Of a DNA stretch of 64,000 nucleotides, positions 54,193-63,865 are shown piece by piece. The stretch's first letter is position 1. Each line of letters starts with the position of its first letter. The stretch is taken from positions 891,126 to 955,125 of the forward strand of contig JAWKKG010000003.1 of the NCBI GenBank assembly GCA_041393395.1. The letters are read 5' to 3'. The stretch comes from a bacterium (GTDB lineage Bacteria; ARS69). The translations under genes and the position numbers were made by a program. Below the pieces are notes generated by a model. The model was given only the letters and a program-made list of their open reading frames with translations, did not search any database and was not told the DNA's origin.

Positions 54193-55319
54193 AGGACCTG
54201 ATCTTCGTCGCGTCGCGCGATCTCCGGTACATGCTGCGACAGCGCGAGACCCTGCTCTGGGTGTTCGCGATGCCCGTGCTGTTCTTCTGGTTCATCGGCA
54301 CCGTGACCGGCGGGTTCGGCGGACGCGACCCGAACGCGCCGACGCCGATCGCGCTCGTGGCGCCGGACGACGCGGGTTTCCTCGCGGACGAGGTCGCCCG
54401 ACGTCTCACCGAGGACTCCTACCGTGTTCAGCGAGCCGCGGTGCGCGACAGTGTTTCCGGGTACTCGCGCAAGCTCACGCTGCCGGCGGCGTTCACGGAC
54501 TCCGTGCTCGCCGGCCATCAGCGCGAAGTGTGGTTCGAGCACTCCCGCGAGGGCATCGACGCGGACTACGAGAATGTCCGCGTCGCGCGGGCCGTGTACC
54601 GCGTGCTCGCCGACCTCGTGGCCGCCGGCGACACGGTCTCGCCCGCGGCGATCGCGGCCCTCGATGCGGAGCCGCGGAACCTCACGCTCCGGGTGGAGAC
54701 CGCGGGGGAACGTCGAGACCCGCCGAGCGGATTCGAGCAGGCGGTGCCCGGCACCATGGTCATGTTCACGCTGCTCGTCATGGCGACGAGCGGCGCGATC
54801 CTGCTCGTGATCGAGCGGCGGGAGGGACTGCTGCGCCGTCTCGCGTCCACGCCGATTCCGGTGAGCGCGGTGGTACTGGGCAAGTGGGTCGGACGCCTGG
54901 CACTCGGCCTCGTGCAGATCGGTTTCGCCATGCTGGTCGGGCGGCTGCTGTTCCACGTGAACTGGGGTCCGAATCTCGCGGTCGTCCTGTTCGTGATGCT
55001 CGTGTACGGCGCCATGATGGCGGCGCTCGGGCTGCTGCTCGGCACGCTGGTCCGTACGGAGAAGCAGGCGGCCGCGATCGGCGTGATCTCCGCGAACCTG
55101 CTCGGCGCCCTGGGCGGCTGCTGGTGGCCGATCGAGGTCACCCCGGCCTGGATGCAGAAGCTCGCGCTGTTCCTGCCCACGGGCTGGGCCATGAACGCCC
55201 TGCACGAGCTCGTGAACTTCGCCGGCCCGCCCGCCGCGGTGCTGCCGCACCTCGTGGGGATGGCGGCGGCGACGGCCCTGCTGCTGTGGCTGGTCGCGCG
55301 GGCGTTCCGCTACGAGTGA
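54189..55319 (+). CDS. ABC-2 family permease (second subunit)
   Basis: ATGA overlap with the previous permease, and the same topology. Confidence 0.8.
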   Translation: MKDLIFVASRDLRYMLRQRETLLWVFAMPVLFFWFIGTVTGGFGGRDPNAPTPIALVAPDDAGFLADEVARRLTEDSYRVQRAAVRDSVSGYSRKLTLPAAFTDSVLAGHQREVWFEHSREGIDADYENVRVARAVYRVLADLVAAGDTVSPAAIAALDAEPRNLTLRVETAGERRDPPSGFEQAVPGTMVMFTLLVMATSGAILLVIERREGLLRRLASTPIPVSAVVLGKWVGRLALGLVQIGFAMLVGRLLFHVNWGPNLAVVLFVMLVYGAMMAALGLLLGTLVRTEKQAAAIGVISANLLGALGGCWWPIEVTPAWMQKLALFLPTGWAMNALHELVNFAGPPAAVLPHLVGMAAATALLLWLVARAFRYE

Positions 55320-55429
55320 CCTTCGCCGGTCCGCCGGACGGGTCGCACGGGTTGTGCCTCGGGACCGAAACGCGAGACAATGAGCGCGTGCCCGCCCCCC
55401 GGACGACCATTCCAGCGAAGGAGCGTCCG

Positions 55430-56026
55430 ATGTTCGTGCGTCCGTCCGCCGCCGAGATCGCGGCTTCGTTGTTCGTCGTCTCGTTCGTGATCGCGTCGAC
55501 CCTCACGCCGGCCGGCCCCGCCGCCGCCGACGTCTTCTGGTCCGTGAACGTCAGCGAGAGCCCCACCGAGTGCTGGGTCACGAGCGGCCCGGACTTCACG
55601 GGCGAGAAGACCCTCTATCTCAGTCTGTGCGGCGAGTTCCCGCTCGCGATGGAGTTCGGCCTCGAGACGACGTTCGACGAGATCGTGAGCATCACGCCCG
55701 CCACCGGCGTCAGCGTCACCGGCCCCCTCGACTCGATGCAGTTCTGTCTCGCCGGCGCCGCGGCCGATCCCTTCGGTGTCGTGGCCACGCTCGTGGTCCG
55801 CGATGCGGATGGCAGCGGGGGCGGCGTCTGCTTCGCGCCGTCCACGGAGCGCGGCCGCGTGTGTTATGCCTACAACTGCGACGACTTCAACTGGACGTCG
55901 GCGTTCTGGACACCACTCGGCTACAACACCGCCTCCGGCGTCGCCTGCTCCACGCCGGTGACGGACTGCGGTCCGAATCCCGTCGAGTCCGAGGGCTGGG
56001 GACGCGTCAAGGCGCTTCACCGCTAG
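55430..56026 (+). CDS. secreted Cys-rich hypothetical protein
   Basis: GAAGGAG RBS and a signal/anchor segment. Ten Cys residues. The C-terminal tail is EGWGRVKALHR. Confidence 0.65.
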   Translation: MFVRPSAAEIAASLFVVSFVIASTLTPAGPAAADVFWSVNVSESPTECWVTSGPDFTGEKTLYLSLCGEFPLAMEFGLETTFDEIVSITPATGVSVTGPLDSMQFCLAGAAADPFGVVATLVVRDADGSGGGVCFAPSTERGRVCYAYNCDDFNWTSAFWTPLGYNTASGVACSTPVTDCGPNPVESEGWGRVKALHR

Positions 56027-56065
56027 GTCCCACGTTTCGCTTTCACGCATCTCGAGGAGAGCCTC

Positions 56066-57550
56066 TTGTTCCCACGTCGCCTCGCCGCCTCGCTGCTCCC
56101 GTTCCTCGCGTCGCCCGTGGTGGCGGCCGTGCCGACGTACTCCACGTTCGAGCTCCAGGCGCGCTCCGAGTTCGTCTCCGGGTACAACCTGCCCGCCGGC
56201 AGCTCGTTCAACAGCGGCACGCCGACCCTGAACGACGACGCCACGCTCTCGTTCCGGCTGATCGTGGTGGGCAACACCGGCAACGCGGGGCTGTGGGTCG
56301 GTGCGGGCGGCAGCGGCGGCGTGGTCTATCACGCGCCCGCGAACTGGTTGCTCAGCGATCCCACCATCAACTCGGCGGGCAAGGTCGTGTTCGAGCAGGC
56401 GGACATCGGCATCTCGGATGGCGTGCTGCTCTACGACCCCGTCACCGGCAACACCACGCAGCGGGTGGCGCCGGGCGGGATCTACGGGATCAACTCCTTC
56501 GGGAGCCCGCAGATCAACGACTCGGACGTGGTGGGTTTCCGCGCGAACCAGGGCTCGCAGTACGCGTACTTCTTCGACACGGCCGGCACGCAGACACCGG
56601 TGGCCGTGATGGGCGGCGGCGTGGCGTACCTGTTCTCGCCGCAGTTCAACAACTCCTCCCAGTTCGCGGCGAAGGTCCGGCTCGGCACCACGGCGGAGGC
56701 GTCGCCGGACGAGATCCGCCGCTACCAGCCGAACGGCCTGTACCTCGTGATGGCGGAAGACGACGATTCGAACCCGCTGTCTCCCTTCACGTCGTTCCAG
56801 AACGGGGTCGGGTTCTCGAACTCCGGCCTCGTGGCGTTCGTGGCGAACGCCGGCGGCGGGACCGGTGTGTACCTCGCGAACGGGTCGAGCGTGATCCCGA
56901 TCGCGACCACGGCGGATCCCGACGTCTCCGGCATCGACTTCTTCGCGCCCGTCGTGAACGACGCCGGCCTCGTGGCGTTCCGGGGTTACGACGCCGCGGG
57001 GCTGCGCGCGATCTTCGCCGGCGACGGCACGACGCTGCGTCGCGTGATCGGCGAGCACGATCTCATCCGCACGGACCTCGGTCAGGCGCGGATCGATCAG
57101 CACGATTCGTCTCCGGTGTTCGGCGGCACCGTGGACATCAACTCGCACGGCGACATCGCGTTCGCGGCGACCCTCACGCCGCCGGACGACAACCAGATCG
57201 AGTGGGGAACCGGGATGTTCATCGCGTACGCGGACGGCGACGTCTCGGCACCGACGCCGGCCGTCGCGCGTCTCGCCGCGCCGTCCCCGAATCCGTTCGT
57301 GGAGCGCACCACGATCTCGTTCCGCGTGCCGCGCGCGGGGATCGCCACCGTCGACGTGTACGACGTCTCCGGCCGTCGCCTCCGCACGCTGGCGAGCGGC
57401 CCGGTGGCCGAGGGCACGCACGACGTCGTCTGGGACGGCCTCACCTCGGCGGGCGTGCCGGCGCCGGCCGGCGTCTACTTCGTCCGGCTCACCTCGCCGG
57501 GCGAGACCCCGGCTTCCCGGCGGGTCGTCCGGCTGCGGGACCGTCCGTAG
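56066..57550 (+). CDS. secreted repeat (propeller-like) protein with a FlgD-Ig/T9SS-like C-terminal domain
   Basis: Six 'N-x-x-G-x-V-x-F' repeats (INSAGKVVFE, INDSDVVGFR, SNSGLVAFVA, VNDAGLVAFRG, INSHGDIAFAA...). CTD is VDVYDVSGRRLRTL...GVYFVRL. TTG start. Confidence 0.75.
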   Translation: MFPRRLAASLLPFLASPVVAAVPTYSTFELQARSEFVSGYNLPAGSSFNSGTPTLNDDATLSFRLIVVGNTGNAGLWVGAGGSGGVVYHAPANWLLSDPTINSAGKVVFEQADIGISDGVLLYDPVTGNTTQRVAPGGIYGINSFGSPQINDSDVVGFRANQGSQYAYFFDTAGTQTPVAVMGGGVAYLFSPQFNNSSQFAAKVRLGTTAEASPDEIRRYQPNGLYLVMAEDDDSNPLSPFTSFQNGVGFSNSGLVAFVANAGGGTGVYLANGSSVIPIATTADPDVSGIDFFAPVVNDAGLVAFRGYDAAGLRAIFAGDGTTLRRVIGEHDLIRTDLGQARIDQHDSSPVFGGTVDINSHGDIAFAATLTPPDDNQIEWGTGMFIAYADGDVSAPTPAVARLAAPSPNPFVERTTISFRVPRAGIATVDVYDVSGRRLRTLASGPVAEGTHDVVWDGLTSAGVPAPAGVYFVRLTSPGETPASRRVVRLRDRP

Positions 57551-57680
57551 CGGCCGCCGGACCGCCCGCGTCACCTCGCGCGGCCGGGCGAATTCGCGGG
57601 GAATCCTTGCGGATCGTGGGCCCTTCGCGGCCCCGCCGGGGAGGTCTCTCCCGGTCGATCCGCGGCGCCACCCGCCCCGG

Positions 57681-57710
57681 TTGAATACGGCTCCCCCCGA
57701 TTGGTAGAAT
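57681..57710 (+). promoter_or_regulatory. sigma-70 promoter with an extended -10 box
   Basis: TTGAAT (57681-86), 18-nt spacer ending in TGg, TAGAAT (57705-10). This leaves a leader of about 175 nt before the ATG at 57892. Confidence 0.5.
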
Positions 57711-57891
57711 GGTGCTCGTTCTGCCCCCCGGCCCGGTGGATGAACCACAACCCGGATGACTCGCAACCCGGAACCCCGTTCGTCTCGTTCGCCTGGGCGC
57801 GTCTGCCGTCCCGCACGCCCCCGGCGACGTCGAAGAGAAGCCGATCTGCTGTCCGCCCGCAAAGCCGCGTTCTCCAACTGAGGTGGTGTCG

Positions 57892-60800
57892 ATGACGGCC
57901 CGTCGTGTCCGGTTGGCCCGGTTCCCTTTCCGGTTCATTTTCCCGGCCCTGCTCCTGCTCCTCGCCCCGTTCGCGAACCGCCCCGCCGCGGCGGCCACGA
58001 TCTCCGCGCGAGTCGAGATCGAGCCCTCGTCGCGAGACGTCGCCGTTTCGAACCAGGGCGTGATCGCGATGCGCCCGGGCGAGCTGCCGCTGGCGCAGGT
58101 CGACGGCGCGGGGACGTTGCCGGTCGCGGTGCGCGCGTTCTTCGTGCCGGCCGGGTTCGAGGTCGCCGACGTTCGCGTCACGCGCCGCGACGAGACGACG
58201 GTCGCCACCGGGCGGCTGCTGTCGACGTTGCCGCGCGCGGAGAGTGAGGCGCGGCTCGAGCTCGGCGCGCCGGGCGAGGCGGCGCGCGACGGCTACGTGC
58301 TCGGCGGCGGCAACCTGGCCGGGTACCGGATCGAGAACGTCGCACTGCTGCCGTACCGGTTCGATCAGGCGACGGGTCGCCTGCTCGCGGCGCGCACGCT
58401 CGACGTTTCGCTGGAGCTCCGCCCGGTCGCGGCCCGGGCCGCCGGCGATCTCGTGCGGGAGCGGCATTCGCCCGAGGCGGACCGCGTGTTCGCGGAGGCG
58501 GTGGCGGCGCTCGTGGCGAACCCTCAGGACGTTCCCGCGCCCGACGCTTCGGCGAACCGTTCGCTTCCCACCGCCGACGGCTTCGCGCCGCAGGACATCC
58601 CCACGATCGACGGGACCGCGGTCGACATGGTCATCGTGACGCCGGCCTCCCTGGAGTCGACGTTCCAGACGCTCGCGGACTGGAAGACCAAGAAGGGCGT
58701 GCCCACGGTGGTGCGCACGGTCGAGTGGATCGAGGCGAACTACCCGGACGGGCACGACCAGGCCGAGCGCATCCGCATCTTCCTGCGCGACGCCTACACG
58801 AAGTGGGGCACCTACATGTTGCTCCTCGGCGGCGACTACTCGCTCGTGCCGCCGCGTTCCGCCTGGAACACGTACTTCTTCGGCGGCGTGGAGATTCCCA
58901 CGGATCAGTACTACGCGTGTCTCGACGGCACCTGGAACGACGACGGCGACCAGTTCTGGGGCGAAGGCTCGAGCGGCGCCGGCCCCGGCGACAACGCGGA
59001 TCTCTTCCCGGACGTCTTCATCGGCCGCGCCCCCGTGGACAACGTGACGCAGGCGCAGACGTTCGTCACGAAGTCGCTCCTGTACGAGAAGACGCCGCCG
59101 GCTGGTTACGTGGAAGACGTCTGCCACCTGGCGGAGGTGCTGTTCCCGCCGGAGTGGGAGTTCGGCGACCCGTTCGAGCAGATCCAGCGGGACGGCAACG
59201 AGTTCACGGAGCGGTTCGACGCGGTGTTCCCGGTCGGATGGACGCGGACGAAGCGCTATCAGAGCGAGAACAACCTGGACCGCACCATCGCGCTGACGGA
59301 GCTGAACGCCGGCCACCACGTGCTGAACCTCATGGCGCACGGGGACGCGTTCAAGTTCTCGGTGGGCAACGGCATCAACCCGCTCATCTATCTCGCCGAC
59401 ACGGACGCGCTCACGAACGGCAACCGCCTGATGTTCGTGAACGCCACGGCCTGCAACCCGAACCAGTTCGACCTCGAGTGCCAGGGCGAGAGCTTCATGA
59501 ACAATCCGAACGGCGGCGCGATCGCGGTGTTCGGGCCCACGCGCGAGGACTTCCCGATCGTGGCGAGCGATTTCCACGAGGACATGCTGCACCTGATCTT
59601 CGAGCAGGGGATCGACCGCTTCGGCGTGTTCGGCCAGATGCACCGGGTTCCGTACGCGGGGCAGGCGTCCTCGGATCTCACGTCCATTCGATGGACGATG
59701 CAGACGCGCGAGCTGTTCGGCGATCCGGATCTGCGGCTGTGGCGGAGCGAGCCGGCGACGTTGAGCGTGGCGCACGCCGCAAGCGTACCGCTCGGCACGG
59801 CTTCGATCACCGTGACCGTGACGGACGGCGGGTCGCCGGTGGACGGCGCGCTCGTCTGCCTGAACGACGGCAACGGCACGTACGAGCGCGCGCGGACGGA
59901 CGCGGCGGGTCAGGCGACGTTGCCGATCACGAGCCACAGTGTCGGCACGGTGAACGTCGTGGCGACGGCCCCGAACTTCCGCCCCCACGAGGGCACGTTC
60001 ACGCTCGGCGCCGCGGCCGGTGCGCACCTCGCGCTCCTGGGCTACACGCTGGACGACGACGGCAGCGGCGCCTCCTCCGGCAACGGCGACGGCAGCGTGG
60101 ACGCGGGCGAGACGATCGAGCTGCTCGCGGACGTTCGCAACGGCGGCACGGTCACCGCGACCGGCGTCACCGTGGACGCGTCGATCGAGGCGGGCAGCAC
60201 GGCGACGTTCGACCTGCGCTGGAACGGCGCGGCGGACCCGGCGCGAGTGTTCGTGGGCCCGAACGCGGTGAATCCCGCCACGGTGCCGTTCACGCTGGAC
60301 TTCGACGCGCCCGCGATCGACTACGTCGGCGCGTACTTCATCACCGCGGGCGGTGACACCGCCCTCTCGGGCGACGAAGGCATCTACCTCTGGCAGGATC
60401 GCGAGGGCTGGCACGTGCGCTGGCTCTCGGGAGTGGATTCGGTCGCGGTCACGGGAACGGTCGCGACGGACGGTCGCGTGCGTCACGCGTTGACCCTCGA
60501 CCTCGAGTCGGTCACGGACACGTATACGATCGCGGCCACGGAGGACACGCTCTCGTTCTCGGGCGAGACCGGGCTCGGCGACCCGTGGGACGAGATCGCG
60601 TTCGCGCTCGCGGACGACACGAAGCTCTCGGTGACGACCGCCTCCGACGCGATCGGGGACATCGCGGCCTCGACGAGCGTCGTGGGCACGACCGTCTTCG
60701 CCGTGGCGAACGACGCGCGAGACGGGCAGGTCGGCTACGTCGACCTCACGTTCACCGACGGTTCGCTGAACACCTGGGCGGCCGAGGTGCCGGTGGTGTT

Positions 60801-63036
60801 CGTGACGCCCGAGCTCGAGGCGTGGGTGTTCGAGGTGGACGATTCCTCGGTGCCGCCCGCCAACGGCGACGGGGACGGCGTGATCGAGGTCGGTGAGACG
60901 GTGCGCTGGACGCCGAGCGTGCTGAACCGCGGGTCGGGTGCCGCGATCGCGGTGACGGGCGCGGCCAGTGCCGCGAGTGGCATCACGTTCGTCGACGCGG
61001 CCGATGCGTACGGGGAGCTCGCGCCGCTCGCGACGTCGAGCGGCACGGACGGCTACGTGTTCACCGTGAACAACGGGAGCGGAACGTCGATCGATCTCGT
61101 CCTCACGGACTCGCTCGGTCGCACCTGGAGCAAGAACGTGGAGTTCGTGGCGCCGGCAGCGCCGATCGACTTCGCGTTCCAGTCCGACCCGTCCAACATC
61201 TTCCTGGCGTGGACCCCGAACGCGGAGCCGGACGTCGCCGGCTACCACGTGTACCGCAGCGCCACTCCGGGCTCCGGCCACGCGCGCGTGACACACGAGC
61301 TGCTGCGCACGGGCACCCGCTACGTGGACGAGAACCTCGCTTTCGGCTCGACCTACTATTACTACGTGACGGCGGTGGATTCCTCCGGGAACGAGAGTGC
61401 CGCGTCCGCCGAGCTCGCGGCCTGGACGACGCAGCCGCAGGTCGCGGGATGGCCGCAGAGCGCGAACAGCAACGTGTTCAGCTCGCCCGCCATCGTCGAC
61501 GCCGACAACACCGGCAATCCCGAGCTCTACGTGGGCTCGCAGGACTTCAAGTACTACGGCTTCCAGTCGGATGCGGCGCCGATCGCGAACTGGCCGGTCA
61601 GCGCCAACGCGCAGATCTGGGGCACGGCGGCGTTCGGGGACCTGGACGGCGACTCGGATCTCGAGATCCTGTTCGGCGCGATGGACAGCCGCTTCTACGC
61701 GGTGCACCACGACGCGAGCCCGGTGTACGGCGCGAACCCGTGGTTCCTCGACGTGCAGGGTTCCGGTCAGACGATCCGCGGCACGCCGGTGATCACCGAC
61801 GTGGACTTCGATCTGAACTGGGAGTTCTTCGTGGGCACGGACGCGGGCACCGTCTACGGGTTCAACCACGACGGCACGCCGATCGCGGGCTCGGGGCCGA
61901 ACGGGCTGCTGATCACAGTGCCGCAGAGCAACACCTTCCCGCCGCGCATCTGGGGACCGATCGCGTCCACGGACCTGGATCTCGACGGGCAGCGCGAGCT
62001 CGTGTTCACGTGCTGGAACGACTCGCTCTACGTGATCGCGGCGGACGGGACCCGGAAGCCCGGCTTCCCGAAGGGCGCCTCGGCGGAGTACCGCCAGGGA
62101 CCGGTGATCGCGGATCTGGACGGCGACGACACGTTCGAGATCATCGCCGCGAACATGGACGGCAAGGTGTACGCGTACGAGCCGGACGGCTCGTCGTACC
62201 TGCCCGGCATGAACGGCGTGCTGTTCACGATGCCGGATCCGTCACGCGGGCTGCCGGCGCCCTGCCAGCTGGACGCCGATCCGGAGCTGGAGCTCGTGCT
62301 CACGTGCCTGGACGGCGGCCTCTACGCGATCAACCACGACGGCACGGGTCTCAACAACCCGAGCGGACTGCTCGCGATGACGGATCCCATGGACGGGTTC
62401 ACGTCGAGCGCGATCGTGGTGGACGTGGACGGCGACAACGACTTCGAGATCTTCGCCGGCCACATGAACGGCAACTTCTACGGATTCCACCACGACGGGA
62501 CACCGATCGTGGGGCTGCCGATTCCCACGAACGGGAACATCTTCGCCACCGCGACGGCCGGGGATCTGGACGGCGACGGCGACGTGGACGTGGCGTTCGC
62601 GTCGTACGACAACACGATCAACGTGCTCGACTTCTCGGGGCCGTCGACGCCGGCGGCGTACGAGTGGGCGACGTACGGCGGCAACGATCGGCGCACGTCC
62701 GTGTACCGCGAGCCCGAGGATCTGGGCGTGGGAGTGGATCCGAACGCGCCGGCCGCGGTGGTGTTCGCGCTCGGCCAGAACGCGCCGAACCCGTTCTCCG
62801 GTTCGACCGCGATCCGGTTCGCGCTGCCGGAGAAGGCGCCGGTCTCGCTCCGCGTGTACGACGTCTCGGGCCGCCTCGTGCGCACGCTCGTGAACGCGCC
62901 GCTCGACGCCGGTCGCCACGCGGTGACCTGGGACGGGCGCGACGACCGCGGACGCACCGCAGCCTCCGGCGTGTACTTCTACCGGCTGAGTTCCGATGCG
63001 CGCGAGCTCACGCGGAAGGCGCTGCGGCTGCGATAG
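57892..63036 (+). CDS. giant secreted peptidase C25 (gingipain-like) / Fn3 / FG-GAP (VCBS) repeat protein with a FlgD-Ig/T9SS-like CTD
   Basis: GAGGTG RBS and a signal peptide. C25 core: DMVIVTP, LLLGGDYSLVP, catalytic context NLMAHGD and NATACNP. Fn3 (YHVYRS...YYYYVTAVDSSGNES). At least 6 FG-GAP repeats (FGDLDGDSDLEI, IADLDGDDTFEI, VDVDGDNDFEI, GDLDGDGDVDV). CTD is LRVYDVSGRLVRTL...GVYFYRL. Confidence 0.88.
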   Translation: MTARRVRLARFPFRFIFPALLLLLAPFANRPAAAATISARVEIEPSSRDVAVSNQGVIAMRPGELPLAQVDGAGTLPVAVRAFFVPAGFEVADVRVTRRDETTVATGRLLSTLPRAESEARLELGAPGEAARDGYVLGGGNLAGYRIENVALLPYRFDQATGRLLAARTLDVSLELRPVAARAAGDLVRERHSPEADRVFAEAVAALVANPQDVPAPDASANRSLPTADGFAPQDIPTIDGTAVDMVIVTPASLESTFQTLADWKTKKGVPTVVRTVEWIEANYPDGHDQAERIRIFLRDAYTKWGTYMLLLGGDYSLVPPRSAWNTYFFGGVEIPTDQYYACLDGTWNDDGDQFWGEGSSGAGPGDNADLFPDVFIGRAPVDNVTQAQTFVTKSLLYEKTPPAGYVEDVCHLAEVLFPPEWEFGDPFEQIQRDGNEFTERFDAVFPVGWTRTKRYQSENNLDRTIALTELNAGHHVLNLMAHGDAFKFSVGNGINPLIYLADTDALTNGNRLMFVNATACNPNQFDLECQGESFMNNPNGGAIAVFGPTREDFPIVASDFHEDMLHLIFEQGIDRFGVFGQMHRVPYAGQASSDLTSIRWTMQTRELFGDPDLRLWRSEPATLSVAHAASVPLGTASITVTVTDGGSPVDGALVCLNDGNGTYERARTDAAGQATLPITSHSVGTVNVVATAPNFRPHEGTFTLGAAAGAHLALLGYTLDDDGSGASSGNGDGSVDAGETIELLADVRNGGTVTATGVTVDASIEAGSTATFDLRWNGAADPARVFVGPNAVNPATVPFTLDFDAPAIDYVGAYFITAGGDTALSGDEGIYLWQDREGWHVRWLSGVDSVAVTGTVATDGRVRHALTLDLESVTDTYTIAATEDTLSFSGETGLGDPWDEIAFALADDTKLSVTTASDAIGDIAASTSVVGTTVFAVANDARDGQVGYVDLTFTDGSLNTWAAEVPVVFVTPELEAWVFEVDDSSVPPANGDGDGVIEVGETVRWTPSVLNRGSGAAIAVTGAASAASGITFVDAADAYGELAPLATSSGTDGYVFTVNNGSGTSIDLVLTDSLGRTWSKNVEFVAPAAPIDFAFQSDPSNIFLAWTPNAEPDVAGYHVYRSATPGSGHARVTHELLRTGTRYVDENLAFGSTYYYYVTAVDSSGNESAASAELAAWTTQPQVAGWPQSANSNVFSSPAIVDADNTGNPELYVGSQDFKYYGFQSDAAPIANWPVSANAQIWGTAAFGDLDGDSDLEILFGAMDSRFYAVHHDASPVYGANPWFLDVQGSGQTIRGTPVITDVDFDLNWEFFVGTDAGTVYGFNHDGTPIAGSGPNGLLITVPQSNTFPPRIWGPIASTDLDLDGQRELVFTCWNDSLYVIAADGTRKPGFPKGASAEYRQGPVIADLDGDDTFEIIAANMDGKVYAYEPDGSSYLPGMNGVLFTMPDPSRGLPAPCQLDADPELELVLTCLDGGLYAINHDGTGLNNPSGLLAMTDPMDGFTSSAIVVDVDGDNDFEIFAGHMNGNFYGFHHDGTPIVGLPIPTNGNIFATATAGDLDGDGDVDVAFASYDNTINVLDFSGPSTPAAYEWATYGGNDRRTSVYREPEDLGVGVDPNAPAAVVFALGQNAPNPFSGSTAIRFALPEKAPVSLRVYDVSGRLVRTLVNAPLDAGRHAVTWDGRDDRGRTAASGVYFYRLSSDARELTRKALRLR

Positions 63037-63865
63037 GGCGGAACAGGAGGAACGAGAGGTCGTCGGGCTTGGAAGGCTGTCCGGCGACCTCTTTCTCCAT
63101 CCGGCCGTGGACCTCGCGGGCCAGCGTGCCCGCCACGGTCGCGAGTCCGCCCTTGCGGACCTTCTCCACGATCTCGGTGGGCAGGAAGTTGTCGAACAGC
63201 CCATCCGAGGCGACGAGCACGGTGTCCCGCGCCGCGAGCTCGATCGCGGAGCCGAGCTCGATGCGCATGTCCTCCGTACCCACGAGGTTCGACACGAGGT
63301 GACGTTCCTCGTGCTGGATCGCCTCCTCCTCGTCCAGCAGGCCGGCTTCCATCGCGTAGCCCACCGGGGAGTGGAACACGGTCATCAGCTTCACGCGCCC
63401 GCGCTGGCCGGTGATCACCACGCCCGAGTCGCCCACGTGGATCGAGCGCACGCGGCGGCCGCGGATCTGCGCCACGGCGACCGTGGTGGCCGCGCCGCGA
63501 CCGTCGGCGAGGACCTTGCGGTTGCCCTCGTCGATCCCGCGGAGCACGGCGTCGCGCAGTTCGATCTCGTCGCGGCGACCGGCCGTGAGCGCGTCGCGGA
63601 TCGCGCGGATCGTGATGCGGGCCGCGTCGCCGCCCGCGGGGAGACCGCCCACGCCGTCTGCCACCACGAGCACGCCGGACTTCCCGTCCCAGGGCAGGAT
63701 CGCGCAGGCGTCCTCGTTCGTGCGGCCGTCCACGCCGGGACAGGGGCGCGTGAACGCGACGACCTCGCCGCCGAGGAAGGAGAAGCAGCGGGGCTGCTCC
63801 AGATCCGCGGCCACGAGCATCACGCCTTCGGGCGGAACCGGCTCGACCGGCGGCGGCTTCACCAC
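63008..63865 (-). CDS. PP2C-family Ser/Thr protein phosphatase
   Basis: NEDACAIL, LVVADGVGG, IHVGDSGVV, LVASDGLFDN. GTG start overlaps the upstream stop. The 3' end overlaps the convergent gene by 29 nt. Confidence 0.85.
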   Translation of the reverse strand: MVKPPPVEPVPPEGVMLVAADLEQPRCFSFLGGEVVAFTRPCPGVDGRTNEDACAILPWDGKSGVLVVADGVGGLPAGGDAARITIRAIRDALTAGRRDEIELRDAVLRGIDEGNRKVLADGRGAATTVAVAQIRGRRVRSIHVGDSGVVITGQRGRVKLMTVFHSPVGYAMEAGLLDEEEAIQHEERHLVSNLVGTEDMRIELGSAIELAARDTVLVASDGLFDNFLPTEIVEKVRKGGLATVAGTLAREVHGRMEKEVAGQPSKPDDLSFLLFRPIAAAAPSA

